A stretch of DNA of 62,905 nucleotides, counting the filler, from Octopus bimaculoides (taxonomy: Eukaryota): NCBI RefSeq assembly GCF_001194135.2. It is 4 parts of 4 records of this genome, joined end to end, with 100 filler letters (N's around TTAATTAATTAA, not from the genome) between each part and the next. Parts side by side here need not be neighbours in the genome. Positions count along the whole stretch, not along the records: positions 49,976 to 60,386 come from NC_068994.1; positions 60,487 to 62,905 come from NW_026404589.1; 2 more parts are not named here. One strand, given 5' to 3'. A program made the translations under genes and the position numbers. The notes under the pieces are model-generated. The model was not told the DNA's origin, ran no database searches, and worked only from the letters and a program-made list of their open reading frames with translations. This document shows positions 50,340 through 62,905 of this stretch, piece by piece; the first letter of the stretch is position 1, and each line of letters starts with the position of its first letter.

Positions 50340-51850
50340 TATATGTGGTATTAAATGATTGAGATCCTTAAAGTAAGATAGGGGAGTTACAAAATTAAAG
50401 ATTGAAAATTAAAATGGCGATAAAGAAAAGTTAAGTAGGGTTGTTGGGAATTACCTAATGGGTGTTGTGGATATATGCTGTGTGGTTATTTAGGTTGCAT
50501 TTAGATTTGTGGTAAAATTTGAAGGTATGAAAATAGAGGTGGTTGCATGTACTTAGGGCCTCATTATATTTATTTAGTAGTGTCGAGGAGTTGTGTTTTA
50601 AATGTGGAATGCCTCTTTTAGGCATAACTTACAGGCTAAGCGTTGACCTTGGTATGAAAGCCCTGAATCTATTTTTGACATGATGTATGTGACTGGCAAG
50701 TTTTGTGGATTTACTGTGTTTCTCGTATCTAAAAGAATTGAGATGAGTGACATATCGCTCTTTAAAATTTATGGCTGACCCTATATATACAGCTGCAGAA
50801 TTGTGTAATATGTTGTGGACGGTGCATTTATAAATTACACTAGATCTTCTACAATGGGTTTGTAGAGGGCAGATGGACCCAGGACGGCAGTTGCAAGTGA
50901 GTGTATTTTGGGGATTATTTTCAAGAATGGAGGAGGTAATACAGTCAGAGGAGTGGTTAGAGATAAGGGGTAGAAAGGTCTAAGTTATTAGTATTATTAT
51001 TACTATTATCGTTACTATTGCTATCGTTGTTGTTAATTATTCTATCTGTAAGAGTGGTGGAAGTTGTGGTAGTATTCTGGGTAATGTTAGTAGGATAGGT
51101 TGGTTTATGTTTGTGGTCTAACGTTTGGTGTTCAATGCTGGAGCTGTGTATATGTTGGGCGCTCGTGTATTCAGAATTGTTATAGTGTGAGTTTTGATAG
51201 TAGAGAGACAGCTTTTGTTTATTAGAGGCTGCTGTGATAGACTCGAGGTTGGATGGGGTGGAATAGGATAGCTTTAGGGTAAATCTATTAAAGATAGAGT
51301 AATTTTTATGTTGACGAGGGAAGTTAAAGTCCAGTGTATTAAAGAAGGATTTAGCTAAGCTGTTAATGTTTAGTGAGAAGGTCGGTGTATACCATAGAAT
51401 AGAGTGTCCACCACTTTTTGGGATGTACTTAGGGGTAGTGCTATGTATATTTTTGGAAAATGGCGGGGGGGGTAGCAAGGCCCGTTGTTGTTAGCTGTTT
51501 TAGCTGTTTTAGCTTTTGACCTAGCGTTATATGTGTGCGTGTGGAGTCTAGGTTGTCTTAATGCGGGTTCTCCCGGAGTCCTAGCATAATGTATGTGTGG
51601 TCTGTTGTGATTCTGATGGTTGGTGTGTCGTTGCGATGTGATTAGAGATATATGTTGCTTGAGCCTAGTATTATGGATATATTTTATTTGCTGGGAGAAG
51701 CCGCTGACAGCGAACGCTTAGTTATGATATGGCGCGTGGTATTGAATATTTCCTCAGTGGAAGATAGGTCAGATATACGGATCGAGATACCCTTGACTAT
51801 GTTATCAAAGGTGGGTTTGTGGTAATCGGAATGAATGTTTAAGTATTTAA
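50340..51850 (-). mobile_element. Penelope-like element, RT thumb to GIY-YIG
   Basis: YLNIHSDYH...ISDLSSTEEIFN; ILWYTPTFS...IFNRFTLKLSYS; CNCRPGSICPLQTHC...VIYKC...VYIGSA...RYVTHLNSFR. Confidence 0.9.
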
Positions 51851-52009
51851 GGTATGCGCGTGAGCATGCATGTATATATGCATACGCCAGCGCGTATGTA
51901 TGTGCGTGTGCATGTATGTGCATATGTATGCGCACGCATATGCGTGTATGGAAACATTTACGGATGCGCGTAAGCATGCATGTATATATATGTATGTATA
52001 TGTATATGC

Positions 52010-52067
<58 letters not shown>

Positions 52068-52599
52068 ATATGTGTGTGTGTATATGTATGTATGCATATG
52101 CGCACATATATATGTACGTTTGTGCGCGCGCACGTATGTCATTATACTTCTTTCCTCCTCTCTGATTCCTACCTATCACTCTAACCTATACAATCACATA
52201 CGTCTATTTATAGAAAGTTGATATCCTTGTACTCTTCTCTCCACTTTAAAATCTACTACTTAAATTACTACTCACTTTGGTAACACCCCATCCATACCTT
52301 TTCTCTCCGCATCCCTTAATGCAGCTCTATCATATCACCCCTACTCACACATCTCACACTTATTTACTCTTTTCCTTCTCATCTCTTCCTATCCCCCACT
52401 CCTCTCCCATTCTCCCCTCATATTATCTTGACCACCAACTAACGCTCTTTTTCTCACTTCCTTCGCCCTTTCTTCACATTTCCTTTTTTCCCTATTTTCA
52501 CTTTTTCTCCCTTTTTTCTCTCTTTCTTCCTCTCATTTTCTCTTCCTGTTTTCCTTTTGATCTATCTCCTCATTCTAAACATATACATCTCTCCCCACC

Positions 52600-53030
52600 A
52601 TCCATCCACAAATACTACCAATACATTGTCAAATTTTCATTCACACCACAAGACCCTTTCGAATGAGCAACACAGAATTCACGGCTCTATACTTTGAAAT
52701 GACTAAACATAAACTACTATTGGAACTTACATACCATGTATAGGAAACTTTTTTTTACCATTACTATACACCACTTTCCTCGAATTATGGAACTGCAACT
52801 ACAATATCTTCATATATTTTATATTTTTATTTCTACTTTCATTCTCTTTTTCCCCTCTCATAATAATTCCTTATTTCGAACTCAAATATTTACCTATATT
52901 TAACCATCTCTCATCGTCTCTAATGAAGGAATATCCATAATATCCCAGAAACAGTGTAAGACTATATCTATATCTTTTTCCTTACAAATGTCCTGAAAAC
53001 TCCTCACAGCCTTGGGTTTGTTATCTCATT
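52600..53030 (+). mobile_element. Penelope-like 3' end / pLTR
   Basis: Decayed C-terminal segment followed by the hammerhead-like motif at 52916. Confidence 0.55.
52916..52962 (+). ncRNA. Degenerate hammerhead at a Penelope 3' end
   Basis: GTCT-CTAATGA-A-GGAATAT ccata ATATCCC-A-GAAA-CAGTG-TA-AGAC. The core has G to A (CTGATGA to CTAATGA), so it is probably inactive. Confidence 0.55.
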
Positions 53031-53033
53031 TTG

Positions 53034-53085
<52 letters not shown>

Positions 53086-53123
53086 TTTTATTCTTTTATA
53101 TGTTTCAGCCCTAAGGCTGTGGC

Positions 53124-53162
<39 letters not shown>

Positions 53163-53163
53163 A

Positions 53164-54250
53164 TACAGGGTGTCGCAAACTTAAGGCAACCAACTTTTTC
53201 AATTTTGCCAAAGCAAAATATTGATATATTTCGGGTCCGAGCGTTGCAACGTAATGGTAAAGAAAAAAATAATTAAAGGCACTACCGCATTTATTCGACA
53301 TGACCGCCTCTGTTTCGAATTACAGCCTTAAGTACGAATGCTTTACACGCGGCACGTTGAATCGAAGTCCATTCTTGGCACAGTTTTGCCTTCAAAGCGT
53401 CGAGCGAAGCATAAGGAGTGCTCCAAGATGGATCAAACAGAAAAATCCAACGGGTTGAGATCAGGGCTTCTTGAGGGCCATGCATCCTTGCCTATGAATG
53501 ACAGAATGTTTTTCTGAATCCAGTGTTGTGTCTGTTTGGAGCTGTAGGATGCTGTCGTGTCCTCCAATGTGCGCCTTGAAAGTGTTCATTCGCCTATGGA
53601 AGCAGTTCAGTTTCTAGAATGTCGCTAATGTATCGCTGGGTGCTTGTTTTAACAGCCGATGGTACAAACCCGAGGGGAGACCTTCCAGCAGCTGTCACAG
53701 CCACCCAAACCATAATTGACTGTGAAATTTGACGTCGATTTACGAGTCTACCCTCGACGGAACCAGTTACACTCCAAAGTCGGTCATTCTGGTGGTTTAC
53801 TGTCTGTTCGATGTCAAATTTCTTTTCATCAGTGAACACCAGGTTGGGCTGCATGCCTTCAGCAATCTGACGCAGGATAAGACGACTTCTGTCCAGTCTC
53901 ATGGCCTTATAAACTTGTGTGAGCTCTTGACGGCGGATCATCTTCGAGGGGTGGGTCCTGAGATCCTCCTTCAGCACTCGCTACATCGATGTTCGGCTTA
54001 TTTTAGTTATCGTAAGAGGTTTTCTGACGAAACGACGAGAATTTCGCCGTATCTTTTCTCTTTTGATAAGCTATGGGGCCCGCACTCTTCTTTCTCGGCC
54101 ACGCTCAGGTTGATCAGCGGTGAAACCAGTCTCTTGAAAATTCTTGACAACTTTCTAGAGTGTTGTTTAGTTAATTTTAAGCTTTTTTGCTATAGTTGTA
54201 TTAGTTTCACCTCCTTTGTGAAGGGTTATGATTGCATTTCGGATTATGAC
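53164..54250 (-). mobile_element. Tc1/mariner DDxD (maT/DD37D-like) pseudogenised element
   Basis: VFTDEKKF, SIMVW and SPDLNPLDFS motifs with stops and frameshifts, so the spacing could not be counted. One TIR-like end TA|CAGGGTGTCGCAAAC at 53164. Confidence 0.8.
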
Positions 54251-54415
54251 CATTATCTAATTTATAATTTATAAACAGCGGAAGTGAGCTAGAATGTTAA
54301 AACTTAAGACGCATGTACAACAGAGTCCAAGATCAACCTGTGCCGAGCGGCTTTACTCTGCGAGCTTTAGCTTCGTTACTATGGCAATAGTCCGGATACT
54401 TATTGGTCAAGCCTC

Positions 54416-54475
<60 letters not shown>

Positions 54476-54830
54476 NNNNNNNNNNNNNNNNNNNNNNNNN
54501 NNNNNNNNNNNNNNNNNNNNNNNNNNNNNNNNNNNNNNNNNNNNNNNNNNNNNNNNNNNNNNNNNNNNNNNNNNNNNNNNNNNNNNNNNNNNNNNNNNNN
54601 NNNNNNNNNNNNNNNNNNNNNNNNNNNNNNNNNNNNNNNNNNNNNNNNNNNNNNNNNNNNNNNNNNNNNNNNNNNNNNNNNNNNNNNNNNNNNNNNNNNN
54701 NNNNNNNNNNNNNNNNNNNNNNNNNNNNNNNNNNNNNNNNNNNNNNNNNNNNNNNNNNNNNNNNNNNNNNNNNNNNNNNNNNNNNNNNNNNNNNNNNNNN
54801 NNNNNNNNNNNNNNNNNNNNNNNNNNNNNN

Positions 54831-55300
54831 GGAAAACTCTTCAATGCACACATGGGAATGTGGTGCACAAAATTTCCAAGCATCGACAACGATATTCCTA
54901 CGCTATACGGGTTACGGAAAGACCTTAAAACTTACACAAACCCTGTTATGGGGCCCCCAACCCGGCCAGTTTGCGTAACGAATATCGCCAACAATTATAG
55001 GCTATCCTACTTCCTCTCACAGGTATTACGACCACTCACTGGAATGTCCCCGGATGTTTCTGTGAGCATGGAGGATCTCAGTAGAATCAGTAGTTGCAAC
55101 CACTCCAACGACCTCACAGGTTGTGTAGTGGGTAGTATGGATGTAATCTCACTGTACCCATCTATAGACATAGATTTTCCTGTGGAAAAATGCACTGAGA
55201 TCAACTGTGAGAGTGAGGTAGAGTTCCGTCAAGTCAACACGAGGGAACTGGGCCTCCTCCTTAACCTGAGCTATGACAGTAACTAACTAGACAACCATGA
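54831..55300 (+). mobile_element. Penelope-like RT fragment
   Basis: IPTLYGLRKD...PPTRPV...VGSMDVISLYPSID matches PLE RT motifs. Confidence 0.75.
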
Positions 55301-55449
55301 CCTTAGTAGATTCTGCCCCACCAAGTCACAGAAGGTTAGAGGTGTAAGGTTAGTCCAAACAGCTTTTGAATGTCGCATTGACTCCGACAACACGTACTGA
55401 ACATAAAGAAAGGAGTACATACTATGTATACTCAAAAGTGAGAGCAACT

Positions 55450-56330
55450 ACATCTTCAGCGTTGGAGAAGAACTACTGTGCAGGTACTCCGAGAATACAA
55501 CTGTCTCATACAAGCCAAAGGAGGCTGAACTGACCTACCTAAACAGAAACTTGAGAAGAAGCGGACATCATACCAACAAAAAGCAATGCATGGGTACATA
55601 ACCCGTACGCTAGAGGGAAGAGTAGCTTCTCTTGAACCTGTGGTAGATATACTAAATGCCACCTAGAAAGATATCCTTCTGTGGTCCAGGAACAGGAGAT
55701 AGCTACAAAATACCTGAAAAAAATGAGGAACAAAGATACCACCAAACCACCTCGTAGTGATAAAAAATGGCGGCTCTGCTATACCAGTGTAGAAGATATC
55801 ACCTATATCATCAGTACCTGCCCCCAAAATGTCCACGAGATACCACCTGCCCTGAGGTATGATATAGATGCAATGACTATTTACAAGGCTATCCTAGAAA
55901 GGCTGCCCTAACGTATACATCAAAGACATGTCAGAACCAGCATATTTCCCACCATTAAAAACAATGAACACTGATGGAACACTCCAATAAAAACAGTGCT
56001 AACATAACAGACCTGATATTGTTCTGTGGGAGAATGAAAGAAAGTCATGCACTGCTGAAGATATCAGCTACCCAGCGGATGTCAATGTACAATTAAAAGT
56101 TCAGGGAAAAGAGAACATTTATGGCGAATTAATGCGGAACTTACAGCTCTTGTACCCTGATTCTCGCTTGTACCCATCATCATTGGTGCATTAAGTTGTG
56201 TACCAACAAATTTACACAAAACTATAGAAACACTCGGATTTTCGAAGAAAGAGAAAAAGAAACTGATGCGGATTCACCAAATCCAATATATTGGTGGCAC
56301 AGTGAAGATTTGTAAGATATTTTAGGTGAA
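55450..56330 (+). mobile_element. RLE-type LINE 3' part
   Basis: WRLCYTSVEDITYIISTCP, PDIVLWE, ISYPADVN...KENIYGELMRNLQLLYP and PIIIGAL motifs. Confidence 0.8.
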
Positions 56331-56523
56331 TAGATGCACTCACTTGGATGTGTGTATCAACAGCTCAACCAACACACCAACTCAACCAAATATTTACAAA
56401 CACCGGAAACTCAAAAAGTCTTGTCGCCTTGGTAGCGACTGGCTTGAATTCTCTTTAGAATTTAAATGAAACTCAATGAAAAGCACATGCATACATACAT
56501 ACATACATACATACATACATACA

Positions 56524-56556
<33 letters not shown>

Positions 56557-57819
56557 GTCAGTCGTAAAAACCTCAGTCTTGAGCGAAATTCAAAATAGAC
56601 CATCAACTTTTGATATAATAAACATATCTATTACCTCTGTCTACTCAACGTGTTGAATTCTCTACCGGGTAATGTGTGCACTACGTAAAATATATTCTAA
56701 TATACTTTACAACTCTTGCATAAAATAGCACGCGCACGCATGTATGTATGTACATACATACATACATACATACATACATACATAAATACCTACCTACCTA
56801 CATACATGCATACATACATACACACACACACATACATACATACATACATACATACATACATACATACACACATACATATAGCGTGCACGCACACGTGAGT
56901 GCATATGCCTAGCAGATTTTAACGTTGAGCATTAATAGTAATTTCTACTTACACCTTTTCGCAGTAAAGTGTGCAAAGGTTATGTAGAGTGTGTGAATAT
57001 GTGTAAATGCAAATGAATGTGTGTAAATGCAAATGAATGTGTGTAAATGCATATGAAGTTGTGTAAAGGTGTGGCGCTGATTACAGAAATGAAATAACTT
57101 CGACACTTCCTTTCCGAGAAATACTTTCATTTTCTTTATTTTCTCAACACAGTGTTTTCAGGTGAGTAGTATTTCGTAGTAATGTTATATATTCCATATG
57201 CAATTCAGAAGAAAATTATTAGAAATTTTTTCATTTTATTTTATTTTATTTTCCTAAATATATATACAACGCAATGCATGATCAGGTCTTGGAATCAATT
57301 GCTTAACTGGCGAGAGCTTTTTGTCCTGCAGCAAAGTACTTCACTTCATTTTGCTCCAGTCTACTCAGCTGTAAAGGAGTACCAGCGGAGTATTACTGCA
57401 ACTCTCTCTCTCTATCTATCTCTCTATCTATCTATCTCTCTTTCCCTCTCTCTCTTTCCCTCTCTCTCCTTCCCATTCTCCCTCTCTCGCCTTCTCTCAA
57501 GATGTCATATTTTGGATATCCCGTTGGATCAAGGGTGGGCAGATCGAGAGGATGTCTCTGTATGTTCACAACTACAGCACCATTATCAGGAGCATCGTGC
57601 GTGTGACTGTGGACTGTTATACAATGGCTCTCGAAACTACCACTTAACAGACCATCTCACACGACCAAAGACACATTATTGATTTTTTTCTTTGCTTCTC
57701 TTTTTTAATGAGAAACCAAAAGAGATTACATTCATATCATTTTTTCTTCACTATAAGTTTAACGAGTTTAAAACAATCTAATTTTATTAAACATGTTAAT
57801 TTCTTCGCTTTGTTTTCAG

Positions 57820-57893
57820 TCTTCCCAGGCCCATTCAGACCATTTTGTGCCGCTCTCTCATTCTATCAGGACTGGAAATCAATACTTTTCAGG
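57820..57893 (+). other. Candidate plus-strand exon
   Basis: tttcttcgctttgttttcag|...CAGG|GTAAGT, 74 nt, open in all three frames. Product unknown. Confidence 0.3.
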
Positions 57894-58239
57894 GTAAGTA
57901 TCCATATCACAGTAGATAAGGTACGTAATTTTGTTTTAACCAACAATACTCTGTGAACTCATATAATTATTAATATACACAGTTGTACCTATCCAAACAA
58001 GTTTTGATTTTTTTAAATATACCTTATAGATAAAGAAGAGCCATTCGAAAGACAAAAAAAAACATTGAGGAGAAGACTAATAAAGATGCGAGAAGAATAA
58101 TCTTGGAGAGGGAAAAAATGTTCACAAAAACGTTCACAAATGCCTTAGCTCACACTTGTAATAACTTCTCCTAGCTTCTCTTAGCTTAGCCTCTCCCGTT
58201 TCTTTCCAACACTACACCTTACTCCCCACTCCCTTTCAC

Positions 58240-58335
58240 CTTCCCAACGTCTCCAATTGGCGGCGTTATCCTGTTGTCTCTCTGTACTTGAATGTAGAAT
58301 AGTCGAAGAGATGACAACGTGGAAATCCTTCGTGA
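58240..58335 (-). CDS. Candidate 96-nt phase-1 exon
   Basis: ccaattgctttcag|TC...GAAG|GTGAAA, after a 101-nt intron. Encodes (V)TKDFHVVISSTILHSSTERQQDNAANWRRWE in frame with MNTGIPVTR. Confidence 0.3.
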
Positions 58336-58436
58336 CTGAAAGCAATTGGTGTGCTAATGAAGACAAATTTGTGCGGAATACTCGAGGAGAAAATACCAGC
58401 TGACAGTAATTAGAAAGCGCTAATGAAGTCACTTAC

Positions 58437-58515
58437 CTCGAGTTACTGGAATTCCAGTATTCATGATTTTATCTCGAACCAGCTCTGAATCACGTCAAAA
58501 TACATAAAATTTCAC
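58437..58515 (-). CDS. Candidate UTR + start-codon exon (MNTGIPVTR)
   Basis: atcctgcaacag|...aaaatcATG (58464)...CGAG|GTAAGT. All frames are closed before the ATG. No homology recognised. Confidence 0.35.
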
Positions 58516-59402
58516 CTGTTGCAGGATAAACTATGACTAGGACCAGGCTTCAAACAGATATAGTGTATAAACACAAAGAGTTTAAAGTGTTGTGTATCAC
58601 CTTCCGTCACCTGGACTATTGCCTACCACCAAACAAACAGCATCATTTACCCAAATTCTGATAACTAGACTTACTTATTAGAATGCTATATGATAAATCA
58701 AGCTCTGAGTAGAGTAATCCACTCCAGTGCCAAAGCAGTTGTTGATTCTTTGAATGAGGAAATGAACCACATACTTGATAAAGAAGTAGTCACTTGCAAA
58801 AAAAATACCTTGATTCCTATGAAGATAAAAATAATCAGTAGAATTATCCATTAAAATGTCTAAACAGCTGTAACTTGGCAAGAATTCTACCTCGTTCTTT
58901 GAAATTAAAAAATGAATGTGGTCTAATATTGCAGCAAAATTTAAATAAGTCTACTAAGCTTTGCTATGAAACAAGATTTTCAGTAATGTACATTTAGTAG
59001 AACGCTTGAATTAAAACGAAGTTGTTACAGAAGGTTAACTATACAGAAAACATGATTTTGGGCCAAGAATTAAACTACGGCTTCACACCATTATACCCTT
59101 TATTATAAACGATTAAACACCTTCCGGGTGGAGTGGTTTTCATAATGACAGCCAATAACTCTTGACATCACCCAATAAATACATATAACTTTGTTCTTTC
59201 TTACTAATCTATTTTCTCATGGATATATTTATTTACATTTTGGTCAGCAACGACGTCAAGTAGTGATGCAAGTAGAGTGACAATACCAAGGTCACCAATA
59301 TGTTGATTCACTTAAGATTTTCCGAGTAAAAATATTCTTCTTAACTTTTATACCGTTCTGCATAATTCAGAGATAGATAGATAGACAGATACATACATAC
59401 AT

Positions 59403-59466
<64 letters not shown>

Positions 59467-59855
59467 GCATGCAGTGAAACTTGAGTCTCGAAACAAACAC
59501 CCAGCTTTAGTTTTAATTTTTAAAACTCTGTGTGCGTGTGTGTGTGTGTGTGTATACACACGCATACATTCAAACCCACATACACACATAAATATTAATA
59601 GGAGGAATTCCTTTATGCATATGTTATGGCTCTTATTTATTTTTAGCCATTTTTAAATCATCATCATCATCATCATCAAGAACAGAAATATTTACAATGT
59701 AAAACAAGAACATACTCTTCTGTGACTAATTATGTAAGAATTCATAAATATACAATATCTAATGTCTAAAAATATCTGACACAGAAATTTCATTATTTCT
59801 TAGAGGGCATGTATGTATGTATGTATGTATGTATGTATATATGTATGTATGTATG

Positions 59856-59894
<39 letters not shown>

Positions 59895-59947
59895 GCGTGC
59901 AAGCATGCATATATATGTATGTATGCATACATACATACATACATACA

Positions 59948-59979
<32 letters not shown>

Positions 59980-60486
59980 GATATAGATATATATATATAT
60001 ATATATATATTCGTATCTTTCTCCCCCTCTCGTTCTTCCTTCTGTTGTTCTTCACCTCTCACCTTCACTACTATATATTTCTCTCCCTCCCTGTCTCTCG
60101 TTGCTCACCTATATTCTACTTCCTCCTCTTTTTCTCCCTCTACTACTCTTTCTCCTTACCCCTCGCTGGTCACATGTATCCAGCCACTACTTCCTTTCTT
60201 ACCAGATATGCATCTATATATACATGTAGATGTAGGTATGTACATACATGTACGTATATATGCATATACTCATTTATTATTTGTATTATATATATACTAC
60301 ATGTGTGGGAAATTCTGTCTGTGGGTGTGTTTGTGGAGTTGTTAGCTAACTCCTCCTACATCGTTTTATCGATTTTGATGAACCTTNNNNNNNNNNNNNN
60401 NNNNNNNNNNNNNNNNNNNNNNNNNNNNNNTTAATTAATTAANNNNNNNNNNNNNNNNNNNNNNNNNNNNNNNNNNNNNNNNNNNN

Positions 60487-61250
60487 TCACCAGAAAGGAG
60501 TTGCAAGAAGGTTTGTTGGCTGCAGGGACTAGTGTTACTCTACGAACAATCAGCAATGAACTGAAGTCACATTCTCCTAGAAAAACTCCGCTGTTGACTA
60601 AAGAGCATAGAGATGCCCGTTTAAAATTTGTTTATGAACATAAAAATAAATCTGATACATTTTGGGAAAATTTTCTGTGGACAGACGAGTCGAAAATTGA
60701 ATTGTTTGGACGAAATTCGCGTAGCCATGTTTGGAGGAAAGATGATACCACCTGTTCACCGAAAACCACAATTCTTACTGTAAAGTTTGGAGGTGGCAAC
60801 ATCATGATGTGGGGGTGTTTTTCTGCAAATAGCACTGGCAATTTACATGTGATAGATGGTAGAATGAATGCAGAGATGTACCAAAATATTTTGAACAATA
60901 ATTTATGTGACTCTGTAGAAAAGCTCCAGCTTTGTGAAGGGTGGTTTTTACAACGGGATAACGACCCTAAGCACACGGCGAAATCTACCAAAAGATGGAT
61001 TGTCAATCACGATATAAAATTATTAGAATGGCCAAGCCAGTCACCTGACTTGAACCCCATTGAAAATTTGTGGCGCTATTTGAAAATTAAAATTCATTCA
61101 AGAGCCCCAACGTGCATTCCAGATTTGAAGAAAATTTGTCAAGAAGAATGGGAAAAAATTACTAAAGAAGCATGCGAGTCATTGATTAAGAGCTACAAGA
61201 AGAGATTGGTTGAAGTGGAACTGAATAATGGTTATGCTCCGAAGTATTAA
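60487..61250 (+). mobile_element. Tc1-family DD34E transposase, uninterrupted ORF, 5' end in gap
   Basis: WTDESK, GGGNIMMWGCF, RDNDPKH and SPDLNPIENLW motifs. I counted 34 residues between the second D and the E. No stop until 61250. Confidence 0.95.
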
Positions 61251-61296
61251 ATCAGAATTATCAGTTTAGTAGAAAGTGGGTTATACATCTTTAGAT

Positions 61297-61557
61297 TGTA
61301 TACCTGACTTTCTACTATAAAATTAAAGAAATAGACGAAACGCTGAACTCCAGACTAAACAACTTAAACAACATTTATTTAGTGGTAAAACATACATATC
61401 TTTAGTTATACATCTTTAGAGGTGAGAATAACGAGCTGTCGAGTGTAAGACCGAAAGATGTAGAGACAGCTCTAAACACACGTCCATGCTCAATCGCTGG
61501 CCAGCGAGAAAGAGAATGAATTGAGCGGGAAGCGCTTGCTTGTTTAATTCTACGCAA
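61297..61557 (-). mobile_element. Possible solo LTR inserted after the Tc1 ORF
   Basis: TG...CA ends and an AATAAA near the minus-strand 3' end. Tc1-like 3' sequence appears to resume at ~61555. No target-site duplication found. Confidence 0.3.
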
Positions 61558-62905
61558 ATACTTTTTTCACCCCTAAATATTTATAATTGCATATAAATTC
61601 ATTAGTTACTATAATTTAGTTTCTTTTGCATATTCTTAGTTTGTGCACGTGNNNNNNNNNNATATATATATATATATATACATACATATATATATATATG
61701 TATACATGTATGTATTTATGTATGTATGTAGGCATGTATGTATGATATATGTATTATAAAATTAATGTGGGAAGCTGGACGCAATATAAACCGTATAAGC
61801 AAAATTTAGCTGTCTCTAAATATATGTGCAACAAGCATGTATATTGCTAGAAGTAAGAGTTAAACCACTTTATATGCTTACTACATCACCAATATTAAGA
61901 TGATTGAGAAAGTAGTCATTACGCACTGTGTCATCAATATTTAATTGGCCCTTTAAATTCTTGGAGATGGAACTGTGTCTGATTAAACATGTAAGTGTTA
62001 ATACTTGTAGTTTTATTATCTTTTAAACAGTTTTAATTAGCTTTAAACATAGCAAGATTTATAATAATAGTTAGTTACAAATACTTTTATTACTTGCTAT
62101 TTAATGCAATTTAATGTTTATATTAATTGCTTGCAGTGGTAATATTTTAATGAGTATGTTGTGCTTTATTATAAACTTTTGAATGATGAAATAATGTATT
62201 TCACTCATAAAAATATTAGTTAAATTAATTTCAATCATGTTTGTTTTGTTTTGGAGAAATTTATATAAAGCATTAACTTTCATTATAATAGCATCTATGG
62301 AAGACTGGTGAGATTATTATTTGTATGGACTTAATGATTGGTCACAATTTAGCTTATAATTTAGTTATTGCAGCTTGATATTAATACCAGTACAATGTAC
62401 ATAGGTTTATATGTTTCTTTGTTATACTTTTATTTAAGTTAGTGTTTAATCCTGCCTATAAATTGATTGATTGAAATAATGTAGTTATTGGGCTTTTACT
62501 TTTATATCATATTACGGATAAACATAGGGATTATAATTTTTGTATGACTTAATAGATTTATCGCTGTTTAGTTATGTATCCAGGAGTGGCTGTAAGTTAC
62601 TTATTGAATTTATTTATCGATACGGCTGTACATAGGGGAAATGTGTTTGAAAGTTGTGGTTTCTTTGGTTTGTTTGTTCCCAAACAATACTTATTTTAGT
62701 GCTGTTTTCACTGCCGGATTGAATGATACTGCCCAGGTGTCAAAACCATAATAATATCCAAGGGGTAGCTGATGATGGAGGTATGTTTAATTGTTGGTAT
62801 GGTTGTGGAATAGTATTGTAATACATCTTTTTGATATATATATATATATATATAAATGCATGTATATAAATATATATGTGTGTATATAAATATATATATA
62901 TATAT

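Noticed and set aside
61700-62830. AT-rich stretch with faint Penelope/LINE-like peptide fragments on the minus strand
   Set aside because: Too decayed to assign by eye.

Overview
This is an AT-rich, repeat-dense animal genomic window with many N gaps. The SINE/LINE repertoire and microsatellite style look like an octopus, which is an inference and was not checked by any search. (1) Four minus-strand exons at 2.0-14.3 kb splice in phase and encode the Tudor-like, acidic-linker, G-patch and post-G-patch parts of a ZGPAT orthologue. Its CCCH/N-terminal exons and last exon were not found. (2) The most interesting structure is a minus-strand array of 90-93 nt exon-like cassettes at 35.6-49.5 kb (six complete, one cut by a gap, one remnant). 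They encode ~30-aa Ser/Thr/Pro-rich, mucin-like repeats, most with an N-Q-T sequon. In the young part of the array they sit in ~1.02-1.04 kb units whose introns each carry a ~500-bp foldback, and some units have lost the exon by deletion. (3) Penelope-type minimal hammerhead ribozymes occur in two head-to-head palindromes (28.3-28.6 and 31.1-31.5 kb), plus one degenerate copy at 52.9 kb. (4) The rest is mostly decayed transposons: Helitron, RTE, RLE-type (R4/Dong-like) and CR1-like LINEs, Penelope-like elements, Tc1/mariner, a hAT MITE and tRNA-derived SINEs, plus microsatellites. There is no rRNA, true tRNA gene or CRISPR. All splice and frame calls were made by eye, and TE boundaries are approximate.
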